Origin: Myxococcota bacterium
GTDB lineage: Bacteria; Myxococcota; XYA12-FULL-58-9; JALHOP01
DNA length: 10,092 bases
Assembly: GCA_041288095.1 (NCBI GenBank)
Contig: JBGGMJ010000131.1
Location: 1 to 10,092, forward strand
Reading direction: 5' to 3'
Both the position numbers and the translations under genes were made by a program. The stretch's first letter is position 1, and each line of letters opens with the position of its first letter. Shown here piece by piece: positions 6,305-10,092 of the stretch. Under the pieces are notes generated by a model. That model did not search any database, was not told the DNA's origin, and was given only the letters and a program-made list of their open reading frames with translations.

Positions 6305-7453
6305 TCAACTCGATCGATTTTGGGGCGCCGGGAGGGTGAAGCTGATGGTCACGCCGTCGCCCGGGAGACTTTCCGCCCAGATGCGGCCGCCGCATCGTCG
6401 GACGACCCGCTGGGCGGTCCCGAGCTCTGCGCGGTCGGCACGGAGGGTCCCAAATCCAGTATGCGACGTGAAGAGCGTCTTGGCGGTGCCCGCGTCGAGG
6501 CGCTGGCCGTTGTTACGGACGAAGTAGCATTGCTGGCCGGCGGTGGTGAGCGAGCCGACCTCGACGCGCGGGGCCGCCGCCCCCGCCGTGACTTTCCAGG
6601 CGTGCTTGAGCAGCGCTTCGACGAGGAGGCGGGCGAGCCCAGGGTCGACGTCGGCGCGCATCTCGCCGTTGACGCTGAGGTCCACCGTGCGTCCAGGGTT
6701 GACCTGTTGCACGAGCGCCGCGCAATCACGGGTGAGTTGCGCGAGGTCCACCTGGGCGGTGTGGGCGCCGCGGGGCGCGCTCAACACTTCGAGCTCGCGC
6801 GAGGCCAGCGCCATGAGCTCGTCGCGGCGCTTCTCTTCGGCGCGCAGGTGTCTCGCCAAGAAGACGGCGGTGATGGCGATGACGGTCAAGAAACCGACGA
6901 TGATGCCGAGACGCACGCGCGCGACGAGGGTCTGGGTGCGGACGATGTCGGCAAAGGCGCGATCGAGCTCGTCAGGGTCCACCGCGGTGACCCGCCCGAT
7001 GAGCTCGCGCGCCTGCTTTTCGCTCTCCTGCATGTCCTTGATGCTCTGGAGCAGCGACTCGCCGGTCTCGTTGCTCATGAGGCGCCGCGACACGGCGAGC
7101 CCGGCGGCATAGTAGGTCTTGAAGGCGTTGCGTAGAGCGCCGGCGTCCGACGAGGAGAGGCTCGGCTGCGCCGCGGCCACGATCTCGGAGACTTCGTCGA
7201 GCCACATGTGCGTGGTGCTCAGGACCTCGAGATCTTGGGCAGCGACCGCGTCCTGAAAGCCGCGGCGAATCCTCTCGAGCTGCGCGTCGAGCTTGGGGCC
7301 GAGCTTCATCTTGGGCAGGTAGCGCTCGCTGATCGTCAGGAGCGAGTCGCGAACGTGGACGTCCGCTATCGCGCCACTCCCGGCGACCAGGATGCCGCCG
7401 AGAATGGCGAGGCCGACGATGATGACGAGCCCGGCTCGGCGAGTGAGGCGCAT
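6305..7453 (-). CDS. Membrane sensor with degenerate histidine-kinase ATPase domain (pseudokinase, 382 aa)
   Basis: TM1, helical periplasmic domain (about 150 aa, four-helix-bundle-like), TM2, short coiled coil, then an HATPase_c-like region (VDLAQL...DPGLARLLVEALLKHAWK...YFVRNNG...RVVRRCGGRIWAESLPGDGVTISFTLP). No H-box is present. It starts 1 nt after the upstream stop (TGA-C-ATG). Confidence 0.85.
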   Translation of the reverse strand: MRLTRRAGLVIIVGLAILGGILVAGSGAIADVHVRDSLLTISERYLPKMKLGPKLDAQLERIRRGFQDAVAAQDLEVLSTTHMWLDEVSEIVAAAQPSLSSSDAGALRNAFKTYYAAGLAVSRRLMSNETGESLLQSIKDMQESEKQARELIGRVTAVDPDELDRAFADIVRTQTLVARVRLGIIVGFLTVIAITAVFLARHLRAEEKRRDELMALASRELEVLSAPRGAHTAQVDLAQLTRDCAALVQQVNPGRTVDLSVNGEMRADVDPGLARLLVEALLKHAWKVTAGAAAPRVEVGSLTTAGQQCYFVRNNGQRLDAGTAKTLFTSHTGFGTLRADRAELGTAQRVVRRCGGRIWAESLPGDGVTISFTLPAPQNRSS

Positions 7454-7454
7454 G

Positions 7455-7901
7455 TCACGGGCCTTTGATCTGAAGCGCCTTGGCTTCGCCGATGCCCGCG
7501 TCCGAAGACACGTAGGCTATTGCACCGCGATTGTTGGTCACGAACTTCACGACGTCTTGGTCGCTGGCGAGCTCGAGCGGCGGCAGCTCGCGCCCGGTGA
7601 ATATACGTTGCTGCCAGTAGCTGCGGACCTGAGGCACGGTCTTCCCCAAGACCGCCGTGGTGAAGCGTTGGCGGACCGGTGACTCGGAGGCGAGATCGAC
7701 CGGCCGGACGCCTTCGTGGTCGGGCCAGGTGGTGCGCCGCTTGAGGAAGAGGTCGGCTATCAGCTTGCGGTCCGCGGAGGTGAGCGGGTTGTCGCGGTGC
7801 ACGATGACCTGGAAGCCCGGCGGCGGCGGCTCGGCCACCGCGGGAGCAGTGGGGGCGGTCGTCCAGACGGCGACCGCTATGGCGAACAGAAGCGCGCGCA
7901 T
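7455..7901 (-). CDS. Small exported protein resembling one lobe of a type 2 periplasmic binding protein (family often annotated as phosphate ABC substrate-binding-like; 148 aa)
   Basis: Start ATG 7901 overlaps the porin stop (TGATG); the longer ORF to 8741 is an out-of-frame shadow over the porin. Signal peptide MRALLFAIAVAVWTTAPTAPAVA; motifs VIVHRDNP, IADLFLK...W, YWQQRIFTG, VVKFVTNNRGAIAYV. Confidence 0.82.
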   Translation of the reverse strand: MRALLFAIAVAVWTTAPTAPAVAEPPPPGFQVIVHRDNPLTSADRKLIADLFLKRRTTWPDHEGVRPVDLASESPVRQRFTTAVLGKTVPQVRSYWQQRIFTGRELPPLELASDQDVVKFVTNNRGAIAYVSSDAGIGEAKALQIKGP

Positions 7902-9070
7902 CAGAAATAGGCCGTGGTCTTGACCAAGACCAGGCCCCACTCCTTCTTGAGCTCGCTGCGTGGCTTGCCGTCGTTGAGCGCCGTGCTGAGGTCGGCGGTG
8001 CCGAGCATGTAGTGGCCTTCGAGCTTCACCAACCAGTTCTCGGTGATGTCGAAGCGGAAGGTCGCGGCGATGTCGTTCTGGATGTTGGCGCGCCCCTCGC
8101 GCTCGCGCGTGTTCGGGAAGAGGAGCGAATAGTAGGCGCCGGGTTGCAGCCAGTCGGTGATGCGGTACGTCCCCATGACATACGCGCGCTCGCTGGTCGT
8201 TTCCTGATCGTCTGGAAATATCGCTGGATTGCTGCTGTTCTGTGACTGCACGTGCCAGCGGCTGTATTCCGCGGCGAGCAGCAGGTTTTCGTACGTGTAT
8301 TCGGCGGAGGCGACCCACAAGACAGCTGGGATCTCGACGTTCACCGTCTCGACGCCGCCGAAGGTCGCCGTGGTGTCGAGGCGCAGATCTTGGAGGCTGC
8401 CACCGACGCGCAGGCCTTCGAGCGGGGTCTCCCACATGAGGCGGCCGCCCATGACGTAGGGGACGCGCAGTCGGTCGATTCTGACAGGGGCGCCTGGCTC
8501 GTTGGCGGGAGTGTCGATCTGGATGACGCCAGCGTAGAGCCGGTACTCGAGGTTGCCAAAGATGGCGAGCGGGATGAGGCCGTAGAGCTCGCCGCCGCTC
8601 TGCGCCAGCAAGAAGTCGCGATTCGCCGCCGGATACACCGACTGCGGCAACAAGACCTGAGCGCGCGCCGCATCGACGTCGTTGATCTCGTTGTAGAGGC
8701 CGAAGGGCATCTTGACGCGGCCGGCGCGTAGGCCAAGCCAATCACGGAACCGGTAGTCGATGTAGAACCAGTCCATTTTAGCGTTGTAGTTGCCGAGTGG
8801 CCCGAGCTTGCGCGCGAACAGCTGCGTGCCCATGCGCAACTTGTCGCCGAACTGCTTGGTGACGTTGACGCCGACCTCGCTGAACTCGAAGCTGCCGCGC
8901 TCGGCGCGCGACTCGGCGAGGTAATTGTTGTCCCAGGTCTTGATCCAACCCTGGCTCGCGAAGCCGTGGATCTCGAGCGGATTGACCTCGTCCGAGCCAA
9001 TAGTGACCGCGGAAGCAGGTGCCGCGACAGTGAGCACGGTGGTCGCAATGATGAGGCGAAGACGTGACAT
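7901..9070 (-). CDS. Outer-membrane beta-barrel (porin-like) protein (389 aa)
   Basis: Sec signal peptide ending APASA; alternating amphipathic strands; IHGFASQG and DWFYIDYRFRDWLGLRAGRVKMPFGLYNE motifs; C-terminal aromatic beta-signal (VKTTAYF). Confidence 0.88.
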   Translation of the reverse strand: MSRLRLIIATTVLTVAAPASAVTIGSDEVNPLEIHGFASQGWIKTWDNNYLAESRAERGSFEFSEVGVNVTKQFGDKLRMGTQLFARKLGPLGNYNAKMDWFYIDYRFRDWLGLRAGRVKMPFGLYNEINDVDAARAQVLLPQSVYPAANRDFLLAQSGGELYGLIPLAIFGNLEYRLYAGVIQIDTPANEPGAPVRIDRLRVPYVMGGRLMWETPLEGLRVGGSLQDLRLDTTATFGGVETVNVEIPAVLWVASAEYTYENLLLAAEYSRWHVQSQNSSNPAIFPDDQETTSERAYVMGTYRITDWLQPGAYYSLLFPNTREREGRANIQNDIAATFRFDITENWLVKLEGHYMLGTADLSTALNDGKPRSELKKEWGLVLVKTTAYF

Positions 9071-9079
9071 GCAGCCCCG

Positions 9080-9108
9080 AGACTCCGGCGAATCGCAAGT
9101 CGTGTCAA
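9080..9108 (-). promoter_or_regulatory. Candidate sigma70-type promoter for the porin operon
   Basis: Perfect TTGACA (9108-9103), 17-nt spacer, then GAGTCT (9085-9080), which keeps the -11A and -7T. It lies within the 57-bp intergenic gap. Confidence 0.4.
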
Positions 9109-9127
9109 CCGCTATAACCCTCTAAAC

Positions 9128-10092
9128 CTAGCGGCACTCCAGCAACAGCGCCTGGTAGGTGCGCTGCAGCCAGTTCTTGAAATTAAAGCGCTGCACCCAT
9201 TCTGGGAAGCTCCGGTGCACGACGCTGCAGCGATCGGCGAGACGCTCCGCTTCGGGGGGCAGCCAGTTGTTCGAGAGGTAGACGAGGAAAGGCGTGCGCC
9301 CTTCGGCCAGCGCCCGATCCACGGCGGCGTAGTCGTCGATGTAGTGCAGCTGGACGTGTGGCGACGCGTAGAAGCCGAACGCGAGCTCGCGGTAGGCATA
9401 CGGGCTCGCGTCGGCGACGTAGAGATCGCGTGGCGTGTGGCTGTTGTCCCAGATCGACTCGAGCACCAGCACCTCACCGCGCACCGGCTTGACGCAGTTC
9501 ATGACGAGATAGGCGAGATTGGGCAGGAGCAGGAGCACGACCAAGGCGCGGCCCCACCGTGGCAGCGCCAAGAGCGGGACGGTGAAGCGCTGGAAGGTGA
9601 CGACGAGCAGAGTCGTCGTGAGTGGCACCATCGGAAAGAGAAAGCGCAGCTCCTTGTGCGCGATGACCACGTGGCCGAGGAAAAACGGAATGGTGGCCCA
9701 CGTCAGCACGTGCCGCCGCTCACGCACCCAAGCCCACGGGACGACGATGAGCGCGAGGATGCCCACCGGCGGCGGCGTTTCGCTGACGATCTTACGGAAG
9801 TACCACCACCACGGCTGCACGCCGAAGGTCGAGGCCTTCGACTCGAGGATGTTGACGCGAAAGTATGCGAGCGGTGTGAGCGTCCAATCGCCGTACCCCC
9901 AATGGTCGACGACGCGCCCGAGGACAAAGACCGCCACCATGCCCGCTGCAGCGGACGCGAGTAGGCGCCACTGGCGTTGCACAAGGACCCAGGCGACGAC
10001 GCCGGCGATCATCAGACCCACCTGAAAACGCGCCTCGAAGGCGACGCCGGCGCAGACACCCGTAAGGACCCCGAGCTGGGCGCTACGCTTCT
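9128..10092 (-). CDS. Alg9/PIG-B-like (GT22, GT-C fold) membrane glycosyltransferase, 5'-partial
   Basis: The frame stays open past 10021 to the window end (KRSAQLGVLTGVCAGVAFEARFQVGLM...). Multiple TM segments, FGVQPWWWYF loop and HKELRFLFP motif characteristic of the Alg9/PIG-B mannosyltransferase family. Confidence 0.8.
   Translation of the reverse strand, partial: KRSAQLGVLTGVCAGVAFEARFQVGLMIAGVVAWVLVQRQWRLLASAAAGMVAVFVLGRVVDHWGYGDWTLTPLAYFRVNILESKASTFGVQPWWWYFRKIVSETPPPVGILALIVVPWAWVRERRHVLTWATIPFFLGHVVIAHKELRFLFPMVPLTTTLLVVTFQRFTVPLLALPRWGRALVVLLLLPNLAYLVMNCVKPVRGEVLVLESIWDNSHTPRDLYVADASPYAYRELAFGFYASPHVQLHYIDDYAAVDRALAEGRTPFLVYLSNNWLPPEAERLADRCSVVHRSFPEWVQRFNFKNWLQRTYQALLLECR

Noticed and set aside
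6277..6307. Half-sites TGTCGGC and CCTGTCA resembling the paralog dyad motif
   Set aside because: Wrong orientation and spacing, and short GC-rich matches are expected by chance.
7455..7901. pstS or a phosphate ABC transporter
   Set aside because: About half the length of PstS, and no pstCAB genes are nearby.
7902..8741. N-terminal extension of ORF 7455..8741
   Set aside because: Out-of-frame overlap with the porin. The signal peptide begins at ATG 7901.
9106..9119. Possible Zur box (TATAAC half-site) upstream of the porin
   Set aside because: Only one half-site matches, with no dyad symmetry.

Overview
GC-rich bacterial DNA from a diderm organism. The Cys-rich, Pro-linker lipoproteins suggest a myxobacterium or deltaproteobacterium, which is an inference. 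Apart from the 3' end of a + strand gene (1-180), all credible genes lie on the minus strand. In transcription order they are: (i) a partial Alg9/PIG-B-like (GT22) membrane glycosyltransferase; (ii) a tightly coupled trio of outer-membrane beta-barrel, small periplasmic binding-protein-like protein and a membrane sensor whose histidine-kinase core is degenerate (no H-box/DHp, broken N/G1/G2 boxes); (iii) a Fur-box-like operator preceding an overlapping trio of octopine/nopaline-type opine dehydrogenase, EamA/DMT transporter and lipoprotein M1 zinc aminopeptidase; (iv) two tandem paralogous Cys-rich putative lipoproteins, each preceded by the same 18-bp dyad motif with a compensatory change. 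The best candidate for an undescribed system is the Fur-box/opine dehydrogenase/EamA unit, which could be a metal-regulated opine or metallophore system with no nicotianamine-synthase partner in the operon. The second candidate is the porin/binding protein/pseudokinase module. No RNA genes, CRISPR arrays or mobile elements were seen.
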